Positions 11,126-24,099 of a stretch of 64,000 bases of DNA are shown piece after piece. The stretch is from positions 44,020,001 through 44,084,000 of the forward strand of contig NC_043010.1 of the NCBI RefSeq assembly GCF_006345805.1. Reading direction: 5' to 3'. The DNA comes from Octopus sinensis. Lineage: Eukaryota. Numbering within the stretch: the stretch's first letter is position 1; every line of letters starts with the position of its first letter. The notes under the pieces are model-generated. The model did no database searches. It saw only the letters and a list, made by a program, of their open reading frames with translations, and was not told where the DNA came from. The position numbers and the translations under genes were made by a program.

Positions 11126-14100
11126 CTGTAAACAAGAAACAATATAATAATAATAACAATAACAATAATGTGAATAACGGTGGTAATGAAATTGAAGCCC
11201 TTGATGGTGATGGTGTTGCACCCAGCAGGCTCAGAAATACTGGTCTAGCTCCTGTCTGTCGTTACCCAGCAATGGACCAACACACACGGTGTAGATGGAA
11301 CAGACAAGCCAATGCTGTGGTCATGGAGTGTTACAACCTGAACAACCTTGTAGACGAGACGAAAATGGTGCTCATATTAGGGGATACTGTCAATGTATGT
11401 ATGACCAATGGAGAGAAAGAGGATTGTTACAACTCACAGAACAGAGATTATGTGATCGAGCTAGAGAAATAAGAAAAAAATTGTTGGTTCACAGAAGTAG
11501 AGCTCGAAGCTATCAAAAGATGGGTATTGGAAAACAGCAGCAGAGGAAACGATGAAAATACAGTTCTTACTGATAAAAGTAATCTCATAGCAGAAAACAG
11601 AGGTGAAATCTTTAATCCATAGGAAAGGAACAGTGATAGCTTGCTCGATGAGAGACATATAGGTGATCTGGAAGACGACAATAAAACTAAAGGCGGCGAG
11701 CTGGCAGAATCGTTAGCAGGCCTGTCGAAATGCGTAGCTGTATTTCATCTGCCGTTACGTTCTGAGATCAAATTCCGACGAGGTCGACTTTGCCTTTCAT
11801 CCTTTCGGGGTCGATAAATTAAGTACCAGTTACGCACTGGGGTCGATATGATCGACTTAATCCGTTTGTCCGTCCTTGTTTGTCCCCTCTGTGTTTAGCC
11901 CCTTGTGGGTAGTAAAGAAATAAATAAAACTAAGAAAGAACAGTTGAGGAAAGAAGGTTGAGAGGAGATAGTGATGGATGGCAGAGAATGAGCATCACAA
12001 GTGGTGAGAAGATGTACACAGGTAGAATGATGAGGATGGACCAATAACCTTCCATACATTTATGCAGGTGTGTGTGTGTGTGTATAAAAAATAAAACAAA
12101 AGTAAAATAAATGTTGAGAACTGACCTGAACAAAAGCCATGGCAAGAAGGCAGTTGACTGCAGTTCGGGCTCGAGGTGATAATGGTGCTTTACGACAAAC
12201 GAGCCATAGTGTAACAATGGCAGCAGCTGTACTCTGACCCTGTTTTTACAAGAATTATATAGAAATATATATGTGCATGTGTGTAATACAGTATAGATCA
12301 TATATTGTTAAATGATTTATCAAATTGTTTCACAAGCAAAGCTATATATATATATATATCTCATGAAAATAGGAGCTGCATGTTTAGTTCTCATGCATAC
12401 CAATATCCATTTTTTCTGCCGAGGGCTTATATGCCCCAATATTAGACTATTTTCTTTAGCCAATACATGGCGAATACTTATAATTATCATTTACAGAATT
12501 TTCACTCACCACCATTTCTTAATTTAAAACACACACACACAAATACACAGATATACCACACATTACGGCTATCTCAGGCAATAGGATTTTGCACTTACAG
12601 AAATTTTAAAGTGCAACTACTAATTTCAGGTTACGTTCTGTAATTTTGCTGTCATGGAAACTTGGATAAATTTTAAGAATTTAAAAACTACAACTTCCTT
12701 CTTTGGTAAAAGCCACTTCGTCTTTTAGGTAAAGTCAAAATAATTAATAATTTGAAAAACCATAATCAGAATTACATACATATATGTATGTGTATATAAG
12801 TGTTTGTGCATGTGTATTTGTGTTTATTTTCTTGGGTAACAATGAGTTATCTGCCAATATCAGTCTCTCTATATTGTCATCATCATTTAATGTCTGCTTT
12901 TCCATGTTTGTCTGGGTCAGAGAGATTTTCTACAGTCAGATGCCCTTCTTGTTGCCAGCCTACATTTGCTTCCAAGCAAGGTAGTATTTCCCCATGGAAG
13001 ACTGGAAATCAACATTGATGCACACAGATACAGATATACACACACATGTATCATGGCCAGTGCTAGTGACATGTAAAAGGCATCCACCACACTCTTGGAT
13101 TGGTTGGTGTTAGGAAGGTCATCCAGCTGTAGAAACTAACAAACCAGACTGGAAGAGTTTGGTAAATGATGATGATATAGTTATGGTATATTCAGTTAAG
13201 AATGTAATAGAGTACAGTATAAAACTCATCCACCTTTAGATTTCACCCTGTGCTATCCAGTAGTAGTATTATACATACTTCCAGGTTTGTGTTTAGACTT
13301 CAATCATGTGTGAATAATTGAAAAAATATGAGTCAACAAGGAGTACAGTTGGACATTATTTTCAACCACTACATTTGTTTCTATGTAATGTAGTTCACCA
13401 GGTGCACAGGTACTTGATTATGCAACTGTTTCCTTGTATTTTGAGATCTAGTTGTGTTTCCTTAGGCGATATGTAAATATTTTCTCTGTAAGTTCAAATT
13501 CTCAGCCACTGACAGCGACTACTACTAACTTCAGGCTGTGACAGACAGAGAGGATGCTCTTGAAGCTGAGAATTTGAACTTAAAGAGATGATATTTGCAT
13601 ACTGCCTGAGGAAACAACTAGATCTTATAATGCAGGGAAACAGTTGCATAATCAAATAACTACATGCCTGGAGAACTATAGAAACAATTGTAGAAGATTG
13701 AAAATAAATGTCCAGCCGTGTGTGTGTGTGTCTATGTACAAAATATGGGGGTTTAGTTCACAGGTGATCTAAATGGCTAGGTATGCTGGGTAAGCACTGT
13801 AATGGATTACCAGGGCTTTAAGCTCATAGTCAAGATGGGAGTTATGGAACCACTGTAGATTTCCAATATAGTCTTCATAGTGTAAATATCCAGAGAGAAA
13901 CACAATCATATTGATGGTTTGTAAGAGAATGATAGCAGAAGTGGCTATTGAGGGATAAAGAGAAAGAAAAATAAATAGAAAGAAAGGCATTGGCAGGGAC
14001 GCTGGAGGTACAATCCTTGTCAATGTCTCTTTATCCCTCAATAGCCACTTCTGCTACCATTCTCTTACAAACCATCAATATGATTGTGTTTCTCTTTGGA

Positions 14101-17100
14101 TATTTACACTATGAAGGCTGTAATCATACCTGGATTTACATAGGATTGTACCTAAAGACTATGGACTAGCATCTACAGTTGAACTGTGAACTTTCATGCT
14201 TTTTTTTTTTCCTTCATTTCTTTATTTCTCCAATCCTATATTTCATAGTTTTATTAACCTATACCCTTCACATTTTCCTTATTTGTCTCCGATGACAGAA
14301 TATCCCAGAAACAGCTGTAAGACTTAAAATTTTTCTAATAATAATAACATATATGACTCGAGATGTTTGTCTTTTATTGTCCTCTTTAACAAATATATAT
14401 ACATATATACACAATGGATTTTTTTCTATTTCTGTCAACAAAATCCACTCGCAAGGTTTTGGTCTGCCAGAAATTATAGAAGACTAGCAGTATCGCCTGG
14501 CGTTGCTCGGGTTTGTAAGGGAAATAACTATATAAGCATTTTTAGAGAGTTATAGCCAAAAAATAGCAAAAAAATGCATTAAAAATTGAAAAAAAATTAA
14601 GGTAATTTTTTTTTTAAATCGTTGACACATCGTAGATATTTTTAGAGAGTTAATTCCCTTATATAATAACGAAAAATATGCATTAAAATGGAAAAGTATG
14701 ATGGTAAATTTTTTTTAAATCGTAGACTCATCGTAGACGCGCGCTAATACCCAGAAGGGCTCGATATGAATCACGACTATAAGATACCTGCTTTTGGTTA
14801 AACTACACCGCAAAATGTGGGAGTAGTTACGAATCTAAATCGTAGGAGACAGACACACAACTTCACTCTTATATATAAAGATATAAGCCACGTAGTTATA
14901 TACACATACTTTGTTATATACACATTCTTAAAAGAAAATGTTATTTTGAACACAACATTTACAAAGAATAAAATATTTTTTGGTTTTTCTTAACCCTTTC
15001 GTTACTATATTTCTGACCAAAATACACCCCTTATGTGTTTCAATTAATTTCTAACGTAATCATAAATTTAGTCTGGTTTCATTAAACAACTATAACTTTT
15101 TTATTTATGAATACATTAATCTGATTTTTGGAAGATAATTTAGTGAAATGTTCTCAACCAATTCTATACTATAATTTTGGTCACAAAGTGACTCTAATTG
15201 CAGGTAGATACAGGTAAATTCAACAATATATAAAATTATTAAAATTTTGTTCAAACATCGCTATAGAAAATGGGTTATTAGCTAATATTCAATTGGGTAT
15301 ACAACAAAATTTTACGATAGAATTTGTTATTCTGGGTAACTTTCTAATACCCATAATAATATTTATGGCAAAATAGGCCTTAATTTCATTTAAGGTTGTG
15401 GGAAATAACAAACTATCATTTCTTTCGCTTTGTTTAGGTTGAGATCAAATACCACATGCTTTTTTTTTTCAGTCATAGAGTTAGATTTATGAAGGTCTTC
15501 AGTAGAAAATCCTTTGAATTCTGACTCGCTGCTTGATATAATGAAATTCGTATCCATTTTTTGTCAGAATTACAAATTTTGAAAACACAATAGGAACAAA
15601 TTTCGGAAAAAAAATCTCCCATAATTCACGGAATTAAAATTACACTTCGATTTTTGTACAAAACTGTAGTTGAACTGTTTACGAAGTATAATACGTGTTT
15701 TCACGAATGTTCTAAAGAGATTTACTCTGATATTCTCATTTAAATATGAATAGGTAAATTCGGGCGGCTTGGTCACATTAACCAAAATTTTTTTCGGGCG
15801 GTTTGGTGCAATTATATATACATATATCTATATATAATATTATATAATAAAATATATACAGAGTAAAATAAAAACCAATTTACCTTTTCTGTATTGTTAT
15901 TCGACCGTCCGTGTGTCTTTGCAAATGTGTTGGAATGATAAGTGAGTTGTGTTTTGGCGCCTTTTTTTACTAATAACAAACACACACGTGTTTGTATGTA
16001 GTTGTTTGAAACGTTTGTGTTTGCCACTCTCATATATGTATGTGTATGCGTGCGTGTGAGGAATGACACACTCACGCACGCACACATGTACATCAATGCT
16101 TTTATGAGCGTCATAGAGAGAAACAAATATTACATCGCCATCGCCATAGCCATCGCATTCTATTTTCTACCTGTCAACACACAGTGAATTAGTTTCAGTT
16201 TATTCATTGCACACTGTGTGTGTGCGTTTGCATGTGCTGTAAACCAGACTAAGAAAAGCATTTGACACACACACCAGAATGTGAGTTTTCTGTAAATTTT
16301 GCTTAATTGGAGTTTAAATTTTAAAAACTGGACCTGGCATGACGCGATGCATTGTACTCTTAAAAATGCTAGGTAAATTGTAATTGAAGAAATCCTATAT
16401 TGTAGATTTGTATAACTCCCAAAGGGAGGCAGATAAAATCTGCCTTTTATAATAAGAGATACTTGTAAATATTCAAACTGAACATTAAGCATTATCATAT
16501 GAAAGCACCTTACCTTTCCTCCTACAAATAAAGTGAAATAAACCCCAGTAATATACAATATACAAACTAAAAAATGAACTTACCAGCCATCGATGGTTGA
16601 ACTGAACTGTGGTTGGGTTTTCAAAAACATTTTTCCACTTTGGTGAGAAAGCAGCAATGTCAGAGGGTATCCATCTATCAGCCATCTTTGGCCAAGAGTT
16701 GTAGACAAGACCAGCATCAAGACCAGCAACAAATGCTCCTGATAACAATAAAAAATGACAAAATGGGGAGAATATTATAACTCAACAAAAACTTCTATCT
16801 TCTAAGTTCATATGATACAGCCAGGTTAATTTTTTATAAATAATTAAGACCCACAGGCTAGTGTTAAACTCTGGTATCTGCATTGAAGTTCAAACTTGGA
16901 AGTTAGGTAAGATCCTTGAAATGGAGTGTGATCACTTCAGGATCACTGTAAGCATAACTGTGAGAATAATACAAGTGATGCAATGGAGTCAACATGCTTA
17001 CTCAGAGTGACAACACTTGAGTTCTGAGAGATTAGGAACAGTGAGAATGGGTAAATGAGTTAATCATAGGAGTTAGTCATAGGTGACACAGCAAGAAACC

Positions 17101-20100
17101 AATTGCTACTGTTTGGGTGTTGTGCCTGATTACATTTGATCTGCCAAAGTCAAATGATCTTACAGATCACAACACTGAAGATCAGATGCTACTGCATCAC
17201 ATAATAGCAGATGTTAGTTGCTTTTATAAGGTCACAATGTTAGTTTAGAAGTGATGGGTATGTAAGCAAATAATAAAACTTACCAGAAAAGGCTGTAATA
17301 AACACTAATCCTGTAACACCAAAAGAAAATTTACGAAGTCTCAACATCTGTAAGGTTTTAGGCATCTGAAAGCAAGAGAAATCAGACCTGTTTTACAACA
17401 AAGGATCAACAGAATTTCTTTTTTGAGCAACAGTATATCAAAAGAATTTATGCCTAGCATTATGAACGTGTGTCTGCATATACACATGCACAATTTCTTT
17501 CTCTTAAGACATATACACACACACATGCATATGTGTCTAGACATCTATTTATATTTCAATATTACTATGTCCTTGTATATGAATTGATTATCATGCTTTA
17601 TTATTTATAATTACTATCATATAGCATATCCCATTATTTTGTCAGGAAAGAAGCAATTCTTTGCAAGCCCTTCCAAACTGGTGTGTTTAATGCAGTTGAT
17701 GTTCAGCTTGAACTTCTGTACATTAGAAGAGAATTGTAGTTCCTTGGTGGATGAACAAACAAAACGTTTAATGCAGAGTTTGTCAGTGAAATAAGATATA
17801 AATGAGCTTGGGTGGACGTGTACATAGCTTGCTAGTTTTGAGGAACTTTTATAATAGCAGTAGAAGAGATAAATGGAAAAATAATGTACTTTTGAGTCAC
17901 TGGTAGGATAGTGTTAGTGAGTTTTTGCCAATCAATTGGATGACCTCTTTTTTTAAATGCATCCAAGGATAATTACGTATATTAACAGAGGCTCCCAAAT
18001 ATGTGAATTGCATTCGAGTTTGGTAGAAAATCAAACAAGTGACAGTATTTTCTGATTTTAAAGAGGAATTCTAGTTTTGGCAAATTATGTATGTGAAGTC
18101 ACCCATGAAAACCTATCAATGATTTTGAGGTTTAACATTTGTGGTAATGTGGAGGACTTTGTAAAGTAAAGGCTATTTTATGTCTATGTATAGTGATTAA
18201 ATTTTGTGGTGTTGAAATATTGCTATGTCCTCAACAATGAAATTGATATGTGTTCAACAAAGGATTCTGGATTATCTGTTCATGGAAGCAGTGAAAGTTA
18301 GATATGGGTATTTCAAGTTCCTAGTGGATGACACCTGTATGTGAATAGTAAAGGAGTGAAAGTTTTTGATAAAATTAGGAACTACCAAGCTGGTGATGTA
18401 TGCTGACAATAAATATTCTATGAGTCAATGATGAAAGATAACAATTGTAGAGGGAAATTAAGAAAATTTTTCAAAAGCATAAGACCATTCACTTTATACA
18501 TACCATTTGTCGGCTGTTGACATGGGACAGACCTGACCAGAGGAACATGACATAAAGGAGAAAAGCTGAACTTAGATGTGCAGCAAGGCGGTACTGACTG
18601 ACTCGAGGGATGTCAATATCTTCTTCCAAGCCGCTCTTAACCATGAACCAACCAAGGAAACCCTGGAGAGAAGAAAAAGCATCAAATATCTTAATGAAAA
18701 AAAGCAGTTAAACAGTCAAGATAAAATTCTCTAAAACACACAAAAGAAAAGAATCACTTGAGAATGCAGAGTAGAAAGAGATCAATTATGTCAAACAGAA
18801 AGGATTAAGTATGCAAGACTGTGTGGTAAGAAGTCTGCTTCCCAACCATATGGTTTTGGGTTCAGTCCCACTTTGTGGAACCTTGGGCAAGTGTCTTCTA
18901 CTACAGCTTTGGACCAACCAAAACCTTATGAATGGATTTGGTAGACAGAAACTGAAAGAAGCCCATCATATATATATATATCTAAAATATAAATCCTGTT
19001 ATGTATGTGTGTGTCATCATCATCATCATTTAACGTCCGTTCTCCATGCTAGCATGGGTTGGACGGTTCGATCGGGGATCTGGGAAGCCAGAAGGCTGCA
19101 CCAGGCTCCGGTCTTATCTGGCAATGTGTGTGTGTGTGTGTAAAAGATTAAATGGCCGTAATTTTCAACTGATTTTCTCCAAACTGGGAACATACATTAC
19201 TTATGTTCCAGAGATGGTTTTAGACTCTTAATGAGTAACGGGCCTCCTGGGAGCAGAAAATACCTGTTCCTGAGTTACGTGTAGAAGAGAGGTAACTCTA
19301 TGTGAGGTAACTTTCAGAAATTGTCTCCCTTACATCCATTGGTCAAAAAATCTCATATAAAACAGAGATGTGTGTATTCACTTTTCATGTGTATCCCTCT
19401 CTATCAATATCTATCTATCTATCTATATGTATCTATCTGTCTACATCCTATCTATTTATATCTTATTCATCTAACTAGCTACTCTCTCTCCCCCTCTCTA
19501 TTGTTTTCATTTTCATTTTCATTTTTCAGATGCTATTGTTTTCATTTTAAGTTTCCAATCGCTATTTACAAATAGCAACAAATTACTGACAGAAAGAAGT
19601 TCACAATTACTGATGAAAGTAATTTCATAAATAATTTACTTACAGAAGTTACTTAATAAATTTCTCTTCAATCTGTACACTTCATTAAATTGCCTACAAA
19701 TTTCTTATTTACTTTTGCAACGTTTTGTGTCTTTTTTGCTGTTGATGGAATTACTGACAAAAGTAAGCTCATAACTTACTGACAGGAGTAATTTCAAAAA
19801 TTTTACTTAAATCTGTACACTTAGTTAATCTTCAAAAAATGTTCTTATTTACTTTTGCAACGGTTTTGTCGTTTTCTGTTAACTTTTTTTTGCTGGTTCC
19901 TTCGATACTGGCTCTTTGGTTCATTAGGTGACAAATTTCGTTTCAACACATACAATCCTCTATTTTCCATAAAAATTTCTTATTTACTTTCTGCCTGTTG
20001 TATTAAGAAATATAATTTCCATTACCCAGTTATTTTCATTGTTTACTATCTTCTGCACCCGTGTATTTCTGTATATGTATATAACCATGCCTAGAAGGAA

Positions 20101-23100
20101 AGTGTCAAATTTGTCTACAATATCAAGGTAAGCCAAAAGAATGTCCAGGGAAAGGGAGACAGCTGCAGAAAAGGAAGCATACCAAGAAACAAACAGACTG
20201 TGCACTACAAAAGCCAGAGCATCTCAAAGTGATGAACAGAGGTATGCATGGCTGACAAGGAATAGGATCTTTACTGCAGAATGAAGAGCAGTTGCGACAA
20301 CTCAGAGAAGCAACTTCAAAGAAGCAGCTTTCAATTATGAAAGTTACAGTGAACAACACAGAGAGCAAGGTAGCTATCTGAATGAAGGGCTGCAATGTTT
20401 CGTGGAAGATTTAAAAAGAGAAATCCTGTATGTGTTTGGAAATAGGTTTGAATAGAAATTGGATTGTTACAAACACATTTAAAGAGCTGAATCTGTCATA
20501 GAAGAAACAACCATGGAGCATTGTATGAACATTTTTAGTTAGCAAAAGTGTTTATCAATAAGGTAAAAATGATAATTAACCTCGGTAAAAAACAAGAACT
20601 CACCTGGAAACCCAAGAGACCAGACAATAACAAAACATGAGGTTTCATGCCAGCAGACAGCCAACCTTTCCTCCAGAAATAAGCAGCAGGTAATAAGAAG
20701 ACCATGCCTGTCAAACGACCCCACATACGGTGTGCATACTCCATGTAGTAGATGAATTTGAAATCAGTTAGTGTCATTTCTCTCTGGTTGCTGACACTAT
20801 GAAGAAAGACTAATAGAATGTTAGATAAATAAAAATAACCAAAATTGATAGGTTAGCAATGGTCAGTATTGATGATATATAAAATGGATGGAAATAAAAC
20901 CTGAAAATGGTAGATGGTGATAGAATGCTGAATATAATAATAAACAGGAGAAAAAGACAAGAAGTAAAGGATATTAAAAGAAAATAATGATGATGTGGCC
21001 CTTTTGAAGATAAGCCAATAAACACAATGCAGTTTGTGTCCTAAAAAAACTGAAGTCATCACCTTCCCCTGCAGATGAAATGATTTGGACATTATTTGAA
21101 GCAGATGAGTAGAGGTGTCACCACTGCATGGATTGTCTTTTTGCTTTTGAAGCCAATATTCATTCTGGCTTTAAAAATGTTCAAGGAAACCAGCTAAATC
21201 TACCTAAAAAAATGTCAGATTTTCCTGTGATGTGATCAGCCTGGTGCACTTTTGATTAAGTGTCAGAAGACATGGTACCCACTGAGCAGAATTCTTTGTC
21301 TTGCCAAGTTAACCATTAAGCAGAATATTCTCAACCCTCTCATTAGATATGCTAATAGGATTGGCTATTTGATTTAAAATCAATTGCTTGTCATCCATCA
21401 CCATATGATGAACACAATATTCTTCAAGACTCTCTCTTACCTACCTAAATTCAGTTGCCCTGTTGATAAAACTGAAAAGTCATCCCCTAATGTAGCAAGT
21501 ATGTCAATATGAATGTCCTTGGGGACTAAACCCTTTTTTTCTGCAGGTACTTGATAACTCCACAACACCAAATTTTGTCCATTTTCAAGAGAAGTTGTTA
21601 CTAGTTACTTTTGAAGTTTTCTTTGAACAGACAGGTGTGAGTTTAACTGGAAGGAAACAATTTAGTTATAAGAAGAATTGAAATTAATGCATGCAAAATT
21701 TCACAGCTCTAGCATCATCCCATAGTCAGCCTATGGACTTTTCTGCCCACCCTCGTATTTTATTGATTCCAAAAGTATGAAAAGCAAAGTCAATCGCAGT
21801 AGAATTTGAACTCAGAATGAAAAACCAGACAAAATGTCACAAAACATTTTGGTTTCAAATTTTGGTACATAGCCAGCAAGTGCGTGGGAGGGGGCTAATC
21901 GATTAATCAACCCCAGCTCTTGACTGGTACTTATTTTATCGTTTCCAAAAGAATGAAAGGTAAAGTTGACATTGGCAAAATTTGGACTCAGAACACAACA
22001 ATGGACAAAAAGCATTTTGCCTGGAATGCTAACGACTTTGTCTACTTATTCAGAATGGATAATAATAAAGAGAATATCTAGGAGTGAAAATTTGTTCTTC
22101 TCTAACAAAGCAGATTATATTTTGTAGATCTAATGTGTGTGTGTGTCTTGCAGGCTACATAGAAACCTCACCAGTGCTGGTGACATGAAAAAAGAACTTA
22201 ATAAATGCTGTGTTTGTATGGCGAAAATGAACAAAAAAATGTATAATTACGTTTACCAAAATTGTAAAAAAAAAAAAAAGTAAATATAAGTGTAGCTGTC
22301 ACAATAGTATTAAACAAATATTTAAGGCTGTGTGAGCTGGTAAAATTGTTAGCACACTGGGCAAAATTCTTGGCAGCATTTTGTCCAAGTGTATGTTCTC
22401 AGTTCAAATTCTGTCACGGTCGACTTTGCTGTTCATACTTTGGAGATCGATAAAATAAGTACCAGTTGAGAACTGGCAACAATGTGATCAACTTACTGCT
22501 CCCTTGAAATTGCTAGCCTTGTGCCGAAACTTGAAAGCAATATGAAGCAAATACTTACTGTTTGTATTCGGGAAAGGTTTTATAGCGCTCAAACTCTGCA
22601 ATCCATTCTTCTTGGTTGCTTGGTGGTTTCATGTCTTTCAACAGTTTCCAATCAACCATTGACAAACCTGATTCTGTCAAACTGAAACCATTAATAGTAT
22701 AGTTTAAAACAAAACAGACAAGTGGAAATTATTTTGAAATATGTTAAGTAAAATCTTCAGTCATTTCCTTTTCCCTATTTACACCAACTCATATGTATCA
22801 GTGATTACCCATCAACCCTACCCAATTTTTACAGTTGTCACTCTTCCTCATCTCAACTTATCATCCTTCAGCACTTATTTATTATATCCATCCTCTCACC
22901 CATTCCCTGTCTCTAACCACATCTCACTCTCCCATACTCTTGTAACCTCTACACACACACACTTCTCCCACTTCTACTCACCTCATATCTTGAGTTTACA
23001 GCCCAACATCTCATCACTACAATTTTATCTCATTCCAGCTTCACCCCAGCCACTCTCATCCTCTCTTCTATACTATAAAGTGATAGCCATGTAGCTGCTC

Positions 23101-24063
23101 TACAGCAAGAAATCTGTTCAGGTCCTGTCTCTCATAGTTTAACACTTCATCCCCAAGCATAAAGCTACCTCCCTTTCAACAATAGCCTCACTAAGTTGAT
23201 GGAAATCTGTCTTGCAAGCTACATAGTAACCTCACCAGTGCTGGTGACATGAAAAAAGAACTCAATAAATGCAGTAAAGTGGTTGGCATTAGGAAGGGCA
23301 TCCAGTCATAAAAATCCTGCCAAAGCAGACATTGAAGTATGATGTGAACTTATTCTGTCAAACCATCCAATCAATGCCTCTATAGAACATCGACATAAGA
23401 TGACAATGAAAGGGGTTAGCTGCTTCGCCTCTAAAGCACAAACATGGCAGTATGATAGATTGATAGTAGTTGACTTAAAAGGGTTAAATACCAGAGATAT
23501 TTTTTGTATAAAAACTTTGTATGGAAATCTAGGTGCAGGTGTAGGTGTGTGTTAAGAAGCTTGCTTACAACCACATGGTTCCAGTTTCAGTTCCACTGTG
23601 TGGCACCTTAGACAGGTGTTTTCTACTATAGCCTCAGGCCAATCAATGCCTTGTGAGTGGATTTGGTAGAGAGAGAATGAAGGAAACCTGTCATTAATTT
23701 TATATATATAATTAATAAGTTTGTAAATGAAGAGATTCAATGGATATAAATTAATTTATTGATTAATTAACATTGCCTACAATTTTGCCCTGAAGATCTT
23801 CCACCCAAGGTACTCAAAATGCAAACTTATTATATATGCTTTGTAATTTAAATTGGGTGTGAAGTCAAACAATTGTAGGCAATGTTAATTAATTAATTAA
23901 TCTATATCCATTGACTCACTCCCTTTTCAAACTTATTAACAATATTTGATGTTTTATAATATATTTATTGCAGAAATACCTCTTCAAAATATAATATATT
24001 AAACCACAGTATTTTGGATGAAACTATCCCTATAAGAGGTTTAAATATCCTCATAGTGAAAAT

Positions 24064-24099
<36 letters not shown>

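Noticed and set aside
11692-11780. tRNA-like A/B boxes
   Set aside because: SINE head with no complete cloverleaf; not a tRNA gene.
23788-24056. CTGAAGA (+) and CTATGAGGAT..ATCCAAAA (-) hammerhead-like traces
   Set aside because: Core nucleotides are missing; too decayed to call.
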